Notes: generated from the sequence alone by a model not told the origin. A DNA stretch of 63,708 bases, filler included, from Octopus bimaculoides (GCF_001194135.2; 6 parts of 6 records of this genome joined end to end with filler, not necessarily neighbours in it); one strand, 5' to 3'. Shown: positions 1 through 13,169, counted from the first letter of the whole stretch. Numbers and translations are program-made.

Positions 1-574
1 AACCCTAATTGACTTGCTCCTTCCCTCAAAAACCAGGCCTTGTGCCTATAATAGAAAGGTTTATTAGCTACTGCCAATATGCTTCAGCCATTTTTTGACA
101 AGGAAATAATAATTTTATCACCGCCAGAATCGTTTGAGAATCGTTTGTTTACGTAGTCAGCACTTAATGTATTCGGCTGAATGGACGTCAGTCATTGGTT
201 GAAATTACAGAAATACGACAACTTTAACATGAAATAAATTGCAATATAATAATTTTTCTTAAGAAGACTAAGAGAAAAAGATGTTTTATATGACACATTC
301 TACCAGTGTCCCAAGTTTCAAAGTGCTTCGTTAAGAAAATACTGGTGCCCCCGTTTTGAACTAGATCCTCGACTAATCCCACCCTTCACAATTACTGGCT
401 TTGTGCCTAAATTAAAAAATATTATTGTTATTGCTACTATTGTTGCTGTTGTTACTATCGTTATTGATGATGCTTTTGTTATTGTTGCTATTGTTGTTTA
501 ACCACAGGTAAATTTTCGACTGAGGAAACCTTTGATCGGAAACAATCCCGTCTTTATAGGGATGTCCTTAGACA

Positions 575-740
575 TACTAGCATAGCTATGTGGGGGCGGT
601 AGGGGCGGTCCACCCCGGGCGGTACTTTTAAAGGAGCACCACTTTTGGGTCTACTGTAGGCAATACGTGTTTCTTGTGGGGGTCCGGGGCGGGAAACGGA
701 AGGGCCGTCCCGGGCGGCACACACTCTAGCTACGCTAGTG
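575..740. mobile_element. hAT-like MITE (166 bp, GC-rich)
   Basis: 14-bp TIRs TACTAGCATAGCTA (575-588) and TAGCTACGCTAGTG (727-740), 2 mismatches. Flanking 8-mers CTTAGACA and CTTAGGTA (6/8 match) fit the 8-bp TSD typical of hAT elements. Confidence 0.7.
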
Positions 741-1294
741 CTTAGGTATATAAAATGTGCCCAGCCTTGTTTAAGACAATTGGCCAGGGAGGAGATTTGA
801 TTGGAGATAGCCTGTGGCTGCTATTTCTAGCATGCAGGAGGACTCTATGAAAGCTTTCCTCCTAATTCTTTGCTTCAATTGTTCGTGTAAAACTATTGTC
901 GCCACCACCATTGTTGTCAGCTTGTGAGTGTGAACAAACAAAGTAATATATTCCGTTTTCATTTTTGTCTAAATTCAAGTGAATAACATCTGAGAGTGAC
1001 CTTGTAATCTACTTGATGATAATATCTCCTTATTTCCCTACCCACCCTCTCTCTATATATATCTATCTATCTATCTATCTCTGCTCTCAAGTAGGTATTT
1101 TACTTTTTACCAACATTTCATTGGTCAATGATTGTTTGACGTCACCAAACGGAAACAGACAGGGCAGCTGAAATAAATGAAACAAATACAAGAGAGAAAT
1201 CAAAAAGAAAAACAAAAGGGATAACAATAAGTGGCAGAAGTATTGAGATTAACACCGAGAGTGACAGACTGTGCCTTTTAAATTACATTCTCCA

Positions 1295-1412
1295 CATACA
1301 TACATACATACATACACAGGCATATACATATATATATGCCTGTATGTATGTATGTATGTATGTATGTGTGTATATGCTTGTATATATATGTATATGCAAA
1401 TATATGTATGTA

Positions 1413-1454
<42 letters not shown>
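1295..1454. repeat. Compound (ACAT)n/(ATGT)n/(TA)n microsatellite
   Basis: Directly visible tandem repeats; representative of dozens of such arrays in the window. Confidence 0.95.
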
Positions 1455-1456
<2 letters not shown>

Positions 1457-2242
1457 TTCAAAAAAAGGAAAAAGACAAAAACAACAACGTGAGGACNNNN
1501 NNNNNNNNNNNNNNNNNNNNNNNNNNNNNNNNNNNNNNNNNNNNNNNNNNNNNNNNNNNNNNNNNNNNNNNNNNNNNNNNNNNNNNNNNNNNNNNNNNNN
1601 NNNNNNNNNNNNNNNNNNNNNNNNNNNNNNNNNNNNNNNNNNNNNNNNNNNNNNNNNNNNNNNNNNNNNNNNNNNNNNNNNNNNNNNNNNNNNNNNNNNN
1701 NNNNNNNNNNNNNNNNNNNNNNNNNNNNNNNNNNNNNNNNNNNNNNNNNNNNNNNNNNNNNNNNNNNNNNNNNNNNNNNNNNNNNNNNNNNNNNNNNNNN
1801 NNNNNNNNNNNNNNNNNNNNNNNNNNNNNNNNNNNNNNNNNNNNNNNNNNNNNNNNNNNNNNNNNNNNNNNNNNNNNNNNNNNNNNNNNNNNNNNNNNNN
1901 NNNNNNNNNNNNNNNNNNNNNNNNNNNNNNNNNNNNNNNNNNNNNNNNNNNNNNNNNNNNNNNNNNNNNNNNNNNNNNNNNNNNNNNNNNNNNNNNNNNN
2001 NNNNNNNNNNNNNNNNNNNNNNNNNNNNNNNNNNNNNNNNNNNNNNNNNNNNNNNNNNNNNNNNNNNNNNNNNNNNNNNNNNNNNNNNNNNNNNNNNNNN
2101 NNNNNNNNNNNNNNNNNNNNNNNNNNNNNNNNNNNNNNNNNNNNNNNNNNNNNNNNNNNNNNNNNNNNNNNNNNNNNNNNNNNNNNNNNNNNNNNNNNNN
2201 NNNNNNNNNNNNNNNNNNNNNNNNNNNNNNNNNNNNNNNNNN

Positions 2243-4862
2243 TGAGTGAGCCAGTATTAATCGCAAGTTTGCTTCCAACCCACAAGCATTATACAGAGAA
2301 GAGGAAGGAAAATATTACCATTAAGAAAGCTCCCTCCCAAGAAGATCTACAATCATTCTGGTCAAAAATTTGGAACGAAAAGTGAGATTTCAACCTGAAT
2401 GCGTCATGGTTAAATATAATTGAGAGAGAATACTGTACCAACACTAAAAGTAAAACATACAAAATTGATGCGGAAACCTTCGCTATAGCAGTAGGCAAAT
2501 GGGAAGGCACCTGGAAGGGACCTAATAGTTAGATATTGGTACAAGAAGCTGACATTTTATAGAAACCAATTGAAATGTATGTTCAAAAGGACTATGAAAG
2601 GTCAGACTGATATACCACATTGGCTTGCTACAGCAAGAACAAATCTTGTTGCCAAAAATGAAATCACCGAGATGGCAGGAAACTACAGGTTCATTGCTTA
2701 CCTAAACATTATGTACAAACTGTACACAAGTAGCCTCAACCAATTCCTCCAGGACCATTGTGAGTCGAGCAACATTATGATTGATGAACAGGCTGGTGGA
2801 AAGAAGGGTGTGTGGATATGTGCCGAACAACTTTTAATAAACACAGTTGTACTGTCTGAAGTAAGAAAACAACGCAGAAACCTTGTGACAGTATGGCTTG
2901 ACTATAAGAAGGCATTCGACTCTATCCTTCATTCATGGCTGTTGAAGTGCCTACATCTGGCAAAAGTACCGACTACCTTAACAGCTGCCATAGAGAGACT
3001 CACAAAGACATGGACAACTATTCTTACCCTTACAACTGAGAACAGAATAATTGTTTCTAAAAGTATAGGCTTTACAAAGGGAATATTTCAGGAAGATAAT
3101 CTTTCTATACTTCTATTCATTTTGGCACTGAATCCATTATCGTTCCTACTGCAGAAAACAAATTATTACATGTTAGGATCTTCAGCTGCCAGAAATATCA
3201 TTATATAACTCATAATTTCTTTGTAGACGACCTGAAGATTTTTGCTAAAAGTGTTAACAACGCCAAAAAACAACTAGAATAAATAACATTTCCAGCTAAT
3301 ATGGGCATGGAATTTGGCCCCCCAAAAAATGTTCATATTTGGTTATAGAACGAGGAAAGTCAGTCCCCAAAACCCAAAACCTGTGCATCAACGGTCTCTT
3401 TATCTCCCCGATTCCACATAAAGATTGTTACAAGTACCTAGGCATAGACGAAAATGGATCATATGAAGGCACTGTGAATAAAGATAGAGTGACCCGAGAA
3501 TATTACACCAGCCTTTGGAAAATATGGCAGTCGGTACTCTCCTCCCCACAATGCATTTACGGTACCAGAGCTGATCCCAACATTTGAGATACTTGATTGG
3601 TTTGTAGAGGAAATCCACTCCATAGATATCAAAACCCGCAAAATCCTGACAACTGGCAACTTCCACAGAAACAGTGATGTTGACAGGCTCTACCTAAGAA
3701 GAAATGAAGGTGGTAGAGGCCTGAGATCAGTACAGACGGCCTTCGAATGCAGTATGGTATCACGCAGGCAGCACCTGCTAAACAACAGCAGCAAAAATTA
3801 TTATATTAATGCTGTCCTGAAAAGTGAAGCGAGCAACATTGTACGAGTTGGCAGTGAACTCTTCAAGAAACACTCTCTTCCTGATGATCTCCTATACAGC
3901 CCCAAAACAGCTGGGCTCTCAACACAGAGAAGACCTAGATGGAAAGCACTCAGCATACAAAAAGAAAGACCATGCATGGGTATGTTGCCCGGAAGTTGAA
4001 GAAGACAGTAGAATTGACACGAAGCGCAGCCTCTCGTGGATACAAGACCACTAAATCACATCACACTTCGAAGGCTATGCGTTTGCAATCCAGGAACAGG
4101 AGATTGCCACAAAGTACCTGGTGAACAAGAGAAACAGTGACGCTTTTGTAATCCCAAAGTGCAACCGCATGTGTAGGCTATATCATGTTTCTGTGGAAGA
4201 CATTACGCATGTGATTAGTAGCTGTCCGAAAGTGTCACGGTACTATTTCCCTATGCGGCACAATGCTGTTGCTAAAACAATTTACAATGCCATCCGCAAA
4301 AAAGACTGTCCTGAAATAAACTTAGAAAATCCCTCTGTTATGGAATACATTCATAAACACCAACTCAAGGAATACTGGTGGAATATTCCCATCAAAACTT
4401 GCGTCAAATGTAAGCATAATAGGCCGGATATTGTTGCTTGGAACAGAGGGACAAAGGTATGTACCATCATAGAGGTTAGCTACCCTGCAGATATAAATAT
4501 CGCTTCGAAAATCAAAGACAAAGAGGATATCTATGAACAACTGCTTCGAAACCTCCAGCTTCTATATCCAGACTATGAATTCAAATTCAGACCAATAATA
4601 ACTGGAGCATTAGATTTTGTTAATAAATGCCTAAAAGTGAATCTGGATAAACTAAGATTTTCAGAAAGAGAAACTAACCGGCTAATTCGTACATTACAAG
4701 TCCAATCTGTGAGTGGAACAGTAAAAATATGCAAGACTTTTCTCAAGTTCCAAATGTGAATTTGTCTATGTTAACTATATACCAAAGCTGGAGCCTTGTA
4801 TCCTTGTTGAAAACCGGCTCTCTCCTCGATTGAAGGTTTCTAATAATTAAAAAACAGAAGAG
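2243..4862 (+). mobile_element. Decayed R4/Dong-clade non-LTR retrotransposon (RT, CCHC knuckle, restriction-like endonuclease); 5' end lost in the gap
   Basis: Broken frames give RT motifs WLDYKKAFDS, GIFQEDNLSILLF, FVDD (3220-3231) and YKYLGI, then CRL..H....C and RHNAV, then REL motif RPDIV...IIEVSYP...K..Y. Contains stops and frameshifts. The 3' UTR is followed by (ACAT)3. Confidence 0.9.
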
Positions 4863-5257
4863 ACATACATACATTTGTGCCTATTATCATAGATGCATTG
4901 GGCTCCTGAACAACAGATCAGTATAAAAACCTACTTGTGGAAAAGTCACACATTTCTACTAAAAATTTCGATCAAAATCAGCGGTGCGACCTATCCACCC
5001 GACATCACTGGTATCTGAAGTAGACGGCGGTGTATCAGCAGTTCAGGCGTGTACCCTGAGTCAGAGCGTACTCTAGGCCTGGGCTTTTCACTTCATAAAT
5101 CCTGATGAAGTTTAATAACTATATCTAAATGAATAAATACTTTTCTTATGTAACATTTTTTCTGTTCTGTTTGAAATTCTAGACGTTTTTCTTGTCAAGT
5201 TGATATTTAAGCGGTTTTTTTTTTTTTTTTCGTCGTGTTGATTTTTTAATTAGACTA

Positions 5258-5464
5258 CAGCAATCCCTCGCCATATCGCGGTTCACCTATCACGCACTCA
5301 GTACATCGCGGATTGTTCTGGCTAATCTATGTAAATTTACATCGCGGACTCCGCAAATATATAGCGGGTTTCTGCGGCCGATAGGTATTTATATATTTTT
5401 AGATTCTAATTATTTCTGTGGAAGGTTTTGGAACGTAACACCTGCGATAGTCGATGGGTTGCTG
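5258..5464. mobile_element. Tigger/pogo-like MITE
   Basis: TA on both flanks. TIRs CAGCAATCCCTCG and CGATGGGTTGCTG (11/13 match). Repeated internal ATCGCGG motifs resemble Tigger subterminal repeats. Confidence 0.65.
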
Positions 5465-6057
5465 TACTTTCATAAAGTCACTTCCGCAAAAAATGTTTTA
5501 ATATATCTAAGCAAAATTTTGAAATAAAGGTGAATATTTGATAATATTTAATAAATATTAGTTATATTTATGTTAAAAGGGGCCATGTAACTCCCCAGAT
5601 TATAGTGCGACCTATCCGCTAGTATATACGGTAATAATACTAGGGTCCTCCAAAAACACAGCTGAGCAGATTGACTTGCATTCTCCAATTATAATCGATT
5701 AGCAGTACAGTGAAAACTTGTAAAACAGTTCAGGGATTCTCCTTTTGAGGTTCTTGGGTGAATATTTGCACACAATCACATGTACACTTGGAATCATAGG
5801 CACGCACAGATATTAGCAGTAATAAAGTACACAACACACACACACACACACAGTAAAACGACATGCACACCTACTACGTAAGTGAAAGTTTAGCCAGTCG
5901 CACACATATCTGCACATACATACATACATACATACATACATACATACATACATACATACATACGTACGTGCATACCTACGTACGTACGTACGTGCATAAT
6001 TGCGTTTATATTTATTTTCAGAAAGCACCATTAATATATAAAAGAGAAATTTAACGT

Positions 6058-6250
6058 GGCGAGCTGATAGAGTCGTTAGCACGCCGGACAAAATGCTTAG
6101 CGGTATTTCGTCCGTCTTTAAGTTCTGAGTTCAAATTCCGCCGAGTTCAACTTTGCCTTTTCTCTTTTTGGGTACCACTTGAACACTGGATCGATGTAAC
6201 TGACTTACTCACTTCCCCGAACTTGCTGGCCTTGTACCAAAATTTGAGGC
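6058..6250 (+). mobile_element. tRNA-derived SINE, family A
   Basis: GGCGAGCTG..A-box-like head, GAGTTCAAATTCC B-box, tail GGCCTTGT(G/A)CC..AAA; many similar copies in the window. Confidence 0.8.
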
Positions 6251-7185
6251 CAATATAAAAGGGAAATTGTAAAATAGAAGTTGGAGTCACAAATTTTCAA
6301 ACCTTCGTCTCTAAACTGCACCATCTGAAGCAAGAACTTACTGCCTCAGCTAAAAAAAAACAAACTAAATTTTTTAAAAAATGCGTATTATAAATGTCAA
6401 ATATCGAATCGACTGTTTACCAGATGTCCCAAATCAATATACTGTAGCTTCAATATAAACTGCTCAATTTTTGTAAAGTTCACTCCATCAGATGCACAAG
6501 TTGAGAAGTTACTGAAAATCTTCAATAAGCAAGGTACATAGAAGAACTTATGCAAGGCTACTACGAACATGTGGAACAAAAAGCAATATGAAACTAGTGC
6601 TACAGTCCTGCTGCTGCTGCTGTTCCTGCTGTTTGTTAGAAATCAGCCATTTCTGTAAGGAGAGTAATTTTAAAAAGATATGTAAGTACTTAAACATACA
6701 CACAAACATACATACACACATACATATGTACATACACATATACATATATAGACACACGCGTGCACGTATACGTACGCACATGTATGCACAAACACATACA
6801 CACACACACATACATACATACATACATACATACATACACAACGTAAAACTGATTCCGCCTGAAGGTTACGTTGCGAGTACACATGCCTTTGGAATACTCA
6901 GCTACATGCAGTACAGTAAGTAGATAGTTCTTCTGTTCATACCACTGGAATATCCGGCGAAGGTTAAGTAAATGGGTGGTGTACGTGTCCTTTACCTTCG
7001 CCGAGTTTCCATTCTTAGAAATCATTGCGAGGGTGATCCTGAAGTGAGAATAAATATATCAAGAATAATGCTAAACTACTTAGGTTACCAAACTTTCATG
7101 AATAAATACTACTCGTGTTTTTAAACCTCAGACAACAAACCTTGTAGTGTGCGACCAGTTGAAGCACTTGATGCTGCATTGCTGG

Positions 7186-7246
<61 letters not shown>

Positions 7247-9544
7247 CTAATGATTTCAATACAGTTTTAGCAGAAAGATTTGGAAGAATTAGAAGAAAGT
7301 TCTCCGGTAATTTCCTTTCGTGTAAGCAAATGTTTATGTTAATTTAAGAATTTGCCAGCAAAATCTTATAAAATGAAATGAAAATAAAAATGTTCTAAAA
7401 GATATACATTTAGATAGAAATGAAATTTATTAAATATAATAAAAAAAAAAAAGACAACGGACGACATCCTCTATAGTAGTTGGTTTAATCATCTGGAAGC
7501 CTGTCGCCTCCCATTGGTAATATCTTCAGAGTCAGAGAGAAAAAAAAACGTCTTTTCCGGCATTTTAACTCAATATCTGTTGACTTATATTAACCATATG
7601 TTCTAACTGCGACTCGGTCTAAAATACTTTCTACGTGACTGAAATAACGAAGGTCAGCTTAAACAGGAAACTATATTAACTAGCTAAAAACATTTTTTTT
7701 TTTTAATCACCAAGAACTTGGGTATAATTAACAAACGTTATTGCTAGGAATGTAACACAAATACAAGTCAAACGCGTCTAAAAAGAAAAAAAAACAGTCT
7801 TTGGCGAAGCCATAGTGTTGTGCTAATAGTAAATAAACCATTTAATCCTTCCACCCCAACACTTGTACACGTTGGAATAAGAATGAAAGCTGTGTGTGTA
7901 TTGCTGATTAAGTTGTTTTAGCTTCTAGTCATGCGATACAGACTTTTAGTGATTCAATCACTAAAATATTTGAATTACATGATATTATACGGTAGCAATG
8001 ACTTTCTGTATAATGAACAACGTTTAATAATTTGTATGCTAACATGTGTAACGTTTGTACCTTTTCATTCTTAATATATTTGTTCACACGACGGCAATAT
8101 GAGAATTTCAACCACTATTTTAACAACCCAACTCTAACTTTCACTCAGTTTCACTTTACTGTTGTACTTTTACATTAAAATCCTGTCCGTTTCATTTCAT
8201 TGCTATAATGTACTATAGAACATATCCTTAAATGTATAGTTTACATTCGTCGTAATACAGTATTGGCAAATAAATCTACAGATAGGTTTTATCGTATATT
8301 ATAGCATACGTTTGTTTAAACGCATTACTCTTAAACATGCGTTAACTGGAGATCCTGGATTAATAAAATGACGACGTCCTAATGAACGTTGGTATGGCTG
8401 CGTGGTTAAGAAGTTCGCTCTACAATTTCATGATTTTTGGGCTCGATCACATGATGTGGAAACTTGAACAAGAAGTTTCAAACAGACCAAAGGCTTATGA
8501 GGAAAATTTGGGAGAAGGAATCTATGCAGAAGCCCGTCGGGGGGGGGGGGGCAGTTCTTGTTGGGTGGGTCACTTAATTCATCGTCCGGTGTAACAAGTT
8601 GTACCTAGGCATCTCTAGCTGAAGGGCACCTTGTACTTGCGAGCGTTTAGCAGAATCCATTCTATTGCCAGCATTTAGGCTAGCTCTCTAGTCTGAGGTC
8701 AACTTTCTCCTACCATGCAGAAGGGCTCTAAAAAGATCGTAGGCCCCAGCCTTCATCTTCAGACTAATCCATCATAAAAACAAGTGTTTTCTATTAAATA
8801 ATGGGTGGGTTAACTCACATTTTGCTATTTTCTATTCTCCTACGTTCTCCTTATTGGTGTTATCGGTAGAGACAGTGCACGTCTGGGTCCCAAAGCATTC
8901 AGTGATAAAACACTATGTAGGGAAGTGGTGTGCAGATATAGATGACAAACTATCCACTGAAAACCCTGCAGTCGGAAGATGTTTCCTTATTACTCATTAG
9001 TAAAACAAAATAATAATAAATAAATAAATTGGAACCACAATATTTTTAGGCCCTCTCAGACATGTGTGAACAATACGTTTCACGTTGAGTTTGAACTTGT
9101 GTAAATCTACGTCTGTAGGGGAAAATGTGAGTGACATGGAAACTGAAGAGCCATTACAAAGGTCATTAGGTCACCGGCTGTTACCTACTTCTAGCAGACT
9201 AACATAAATCAAAAGGTAAGTTGTGTAAGTTAAGAAAAGAAAGCAGTCCTATATGCCATCTATATTTCGCTAAGGACATATAATAATGACGAAATATGGT
9301 TGAGATTTATCTCCCGTACCTGTTGTTTTCCTTGTCTTGAGATTTTTTATGCTTGCTGCATTAATTATGTTGACATGAATTTAACTATTATGTACTACAT
9401 GATTTAGATTTGAAATGACGAACGAACAAATTGTTTTGAAGATGGTGCTTATTCAATCGTTTACTTTTGCTGAATCGTGAAGTTACAGAGACGTAAACAA
9501 ACCAATATCGATTGTCAAGCAGTGGGGAAATAAACAGACGACAA

Positions 9545-9720
9545 ACGTAGGTATGGCTGTATAGTTAAAAAGTTCGTTTTGCAACCATCTGGTTTCAAGT
9601 TCAGACCCACTGTACGGCTCCTTGGGCAAATGCATGCTATGATATTCCCAGCCGATTAATGCCACGTGAGTGAAATTGGCCAATGGAAAGCTCGAAAATG
9701 TATGGAAGCCTTATGTGCGT
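9545..9720 (+). mobile_element. SINE family B, tRNA-like head module
   Basis: Matches the reverse complement of the heads at 22300-22470, 45665-45830 and 51720-51862 (GGTTC..GTTCAG.CCCACTG...CCTTGGGCAA). Confidence 0.65.
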
Positions 9721-9739
9721 GTGTGTATGTGTTTGTTAT

Positions 9740-9897
9740 TTGACAGCGGCCATGTTGGAGCACGGCCTTTAGTCGAACAAATCGACCCCAGGACTTCTTT
9801 GTAATCCTAGTACTTATTCTATCGGTCTCTTTTGCCGAACCCCTACGTTACGGGGGACGTAAACACACCAACATTGGTTGTCAAGCGACGGTGGACA
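9740..9897 (-). mobile_element. SINE family B, tail module
   Basis: Reverse complement of the tail modules at 44580-44790 and 47070-47225 (CGCTTGACAACC...GGACGTAAAC...CGATAGAATAAGTAC). Confidence 0.75.
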
Positions 9898-9927
9898 CAC
9901 ACACACACACACACATATACATATATA

Positions 9928-10210
9928 GCACTATTCCATCTAAAATCAGAGATTGAACTACTAAGACTTAGGGCCTCCACTAATGAAGAAAAATATAAAA
10001 ACATCGACGAAGAGATGCACAGGGAAATAAACAAACAAACCGAGGGACAACCCCTCGAAAATACCATAAATTTTTGGAAAGAAATCTGTGAAAAGGAAGA
10101 AAGAAACTCTCTCCTACGCTGGGAAAAAAGCAATAATTTCTTCCAAAGATATGAATCAAATTTTAAACAAGAATTCAGCACAGATAATCCCTTCCTAAAG
10201 AAAAGAACTA
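9928..10210 (+). pseudogene. Coding-like orphan fragment, probably from a retroelement ORF (ORF1-like); runs into a gap
   Basis: About 95 codons without a stop in A-rich, non-microsatellite DNA; charged helical sequence (HLKSEIELLRLRA..EEKYKNIDEEM..FWKEICEKEE). Family identity is an unverified recollection. Confidence 0.35.
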
Positions 10211-10254
10211 NNNNNNNNNNNNNNNNNNNNNNNNNNNNNNNNNNNNNNNNNNNN

Positions 10255-10266
10255 TTAATTAATTAA
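10255..10266. other. Artificial scaffold linker TTAATTAATTAA (also 22200-22211, 43008-43019, 52687-52698, 62419-62430)
   Basis: Identical 12-mer with stops in all six frames, each centred between 44-N blocks (100 bp total). This is an assembly spacer, not biology. Confidence 0.95.
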
Positions 10267-11073
10267 NNNNNNNNNNNNNNNNNNNNNNNNNNNNNNNNNN
10301 NNNNNNNNNNAATTTGATAAGCAGAATATATGGTTTTATGTGCTACTATTTTTTTTTCTTGTGCTGGGACACCAGACATGTTATAAAATGTTACAAAACA
10401 ATGTCTCGCCTGTTCTCACCACATAAAACTAATTGTAGCCTATAAAAAAAACATATAATGTGTTTATTAAATAATATTTATCTCTCACCAGGTGGAGTAC
10501 TTTTGTTGTTGATCTTACCATCACGGAAAGGTACACTATATGTGTGTATATGTGTGTGGGTGAATGTGGGTTGTATGTATGTATGTATCTATAGATAGAC
10601 AGATAGATAGATAGATTAAATGACTGATTGATTGGTTGATTGATTGAGTTATTGACAGGAAGTTCGATAAAAATTGCCTAAGGTCTTATAAAATTTTTCT
10701 GTCAAGATTACATATTTCAGTAATTGACTACTTAATGGAATTGAAACTGTAAGTCACGACCGGTATGGCAAAAGTATTGATCGCTCCGATCCTCCTTTTT
10801 GCATTCATTCAGCTGTCTTCAGTATTGCCCTTACCCTGGGATAACATTCTCTTCTGATCCTTTCCCACATCATTGAATATATAAGATAAATAAATAAATA
10901 TATANNNNNNNNNNTTTGCGCCATCCGAAACTCGGAGTTTTATCATGGCTACTGAATAATTGTCACATATTATATTTACAGATAAATTCCTCTATTTACA
11001 TAATAGCGAGGTATCTTTCATTCTTTTGTTGTCTTACCATGTCTATCAATATATATATATATATATATATATA

Positions 11074-11211
<138 letters not shown>

Positions 11212-11657
11212 TCGTCTACACACTTTCTGTCAATCCAAATTCAATCACTGTCCGGTGTTAGAGTAGAAAACTTTGCCCAAGGTTCTAGGTAGTAGAACTC
11301 AATCCGACACCGCGTAATTGCAATGCGATCCTTGTAAGCAGAGAACCATGCCTCTGTGGAGTCCATTTTACCAGGATTATAAATTACGTCGTAGGCGCTC
11401 TTTTTTCTTAAGTTAATCGTCTCCATTTTTGTGTTTGCAAATAATAGAAATGTATGGCTTTACGTTCCATAAAAACATTAGGCGAAAGTTGAAACAAAAT
11501 CTTGACTATATAATATAATAAAACCGATTATCTTGGTACTGATTACCCATCAATAAGTATTCTCTTGTAGTTCGTAAAATTCCTTTGAAATAATAAACCG
11601 AAATAAACAGTAATGTGTATATATACGTAAATACGTGTATATGCACACAGAAACAAC

Positions 11658-11730
<73 letters not shown>

Positions 11731-12057
11731 NNNNNNNNNNNNNNNNNNNNNNNNNNNNNNNNNNNNNNNNNNNNNNNNNNNNNNNNNNNNNNNNNNNNNN
11801 NNNNNNNNNNNNNNNNNNNNNNNNNNNNNNNNNNNNNNNNNNNNNNNNNNNNNNNNNNNNNNNNNNNNNNNNNNNNNNNNNNNNNNNNNNNNNNNNNNNN
11901 NNNNNNNNNNNNNNNNNNNNNNNNNNNNNNNNNNNNNNNNNNNNNNNNNNNNNNNNNNNNNNNNNNNNNNNNNNNNNNNNNNNNNNNNNNNNNNNNNNNN
12001 NNNNNNNNNNNNNNNNNNNNNNNNNNNNNNNNNNNNNNNNNNNNNNNNNNNNNNNNN

Positions 12058-12094
<37 letters not shown>

Positions 12095-13169
12095 GTGTGT
12101 ATGTATGTATGTTGTTATAATCGTTTTAAAATACACACCAAGCCCCACGAAAACACTCATACATACAACAAAACACATTTGTACACGTGTGTAGGTGTGT
12201 GCGTATGTGTGTAGGTGGAGAGATATATTCCATTTCCTTAGAAGATAGAAAATATAAGAAAAGAAAATAAACAAGGAAACCTTCCGTACCTTCATGTGGT
12301 TTTTTGGTATAAGATTTTAGACCATAAAAAACTGCTGTTTTGTGTCATAAAACTGTTGTGAGAAACATAATTACTATAAAATCTTTAATACATGGTTCTA
12401 TTGCAATGTCTCTGCTCTGTAATATTGTGATAGTTCCATTTGTTTGTCATTGTCATGAAATTCGTCTTAAAAATCTTTTCTTTCACTACTGAACAATGCA
12501 CACCATTGAAAAAAAAAAATGAATTTAAATGATTTCGGCACCAATGCAAACATTTAAAATTTTCTCAAACAATTATGGTATATTTCTTACAATTTATTGC
12601 GTAGAAGATATAAAAATGAAGTGTCTGAAAGGATTTTTAATATAATGTGTACTATAATCAAGTTTTATTCATCTTAATCTTTATATTCATAAAACTGTTT
12701 CTTGATATCATATTTGTCTTCGCGTCTATCCTTCTGACGTCTGTTTTTCTAGCGATGTATCTCTTTACACACACATACACAAAGCACATACATAGAAATG
12801 CACAGACAAACACACGGATTCAGACTGAATTCGTATCGCTGAAGGTGTTCGCTTTGCAATCATTCAGACTCTTGTACGATCCGACTTCGTGGTATCTTGA
12901 GGGAAAATCCTTGATCATAGACTCGCATCAGACCAATGTTACCACGAGCGAAACAGTGTAAATGGAAACAGTATAGAAACCAATCGGGGGTAATGAACTG
13001 CCCCATTCTTGTCACGCTGTGTAACCCCGACACTACTTTCTGAATTGCATTAAAAGTAAACATCTTCCTGTCATGCAGTATCTATTCACACATCTATATA
13101 CTAAACGTCGTTCAGTTAATCGAACAATACAATGAACATATATAGTTCTTAAAGCGATAGCCAGTCTTT

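Noticed and set aside
490-513. Recursive-splice-like YAG|GTAA sites (507/508 and 19426/19427)
   Set aside because: Roughly one per strand is expected by chance in DNA this AT-rich; no host gene or strand is established.
5095-5135. CUGAUGA followed by a small hairpin AGTT-TAAT-AACT
   Set aside because: No GAAA or helix III follows, so it is not a hammerhead.
6058-6250. tRNA-like A/B boxes in many SINE heads
   Set aside because: No cloverleaf or anticodon arm can be folded; these are SINE promoters, not tRNA genes.
10255-10266. Recurrent palindrome TTAATTAATTAA (5 copies)
   Set aside because: Always centred in exactly 44+44 N; an artificial scaffold spacer with six-frame stops.
11241-11426. 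61-aa protein-looking ORF
   Set aside because: Overlaps a decayed family B SINE head (TGCCCAAGG..AGTAGAACTCAATCCG).
12835-13080. GC-richer segment with short ORFs on both strands
   Set aside because: No recognisable motif or convincing splice sites.
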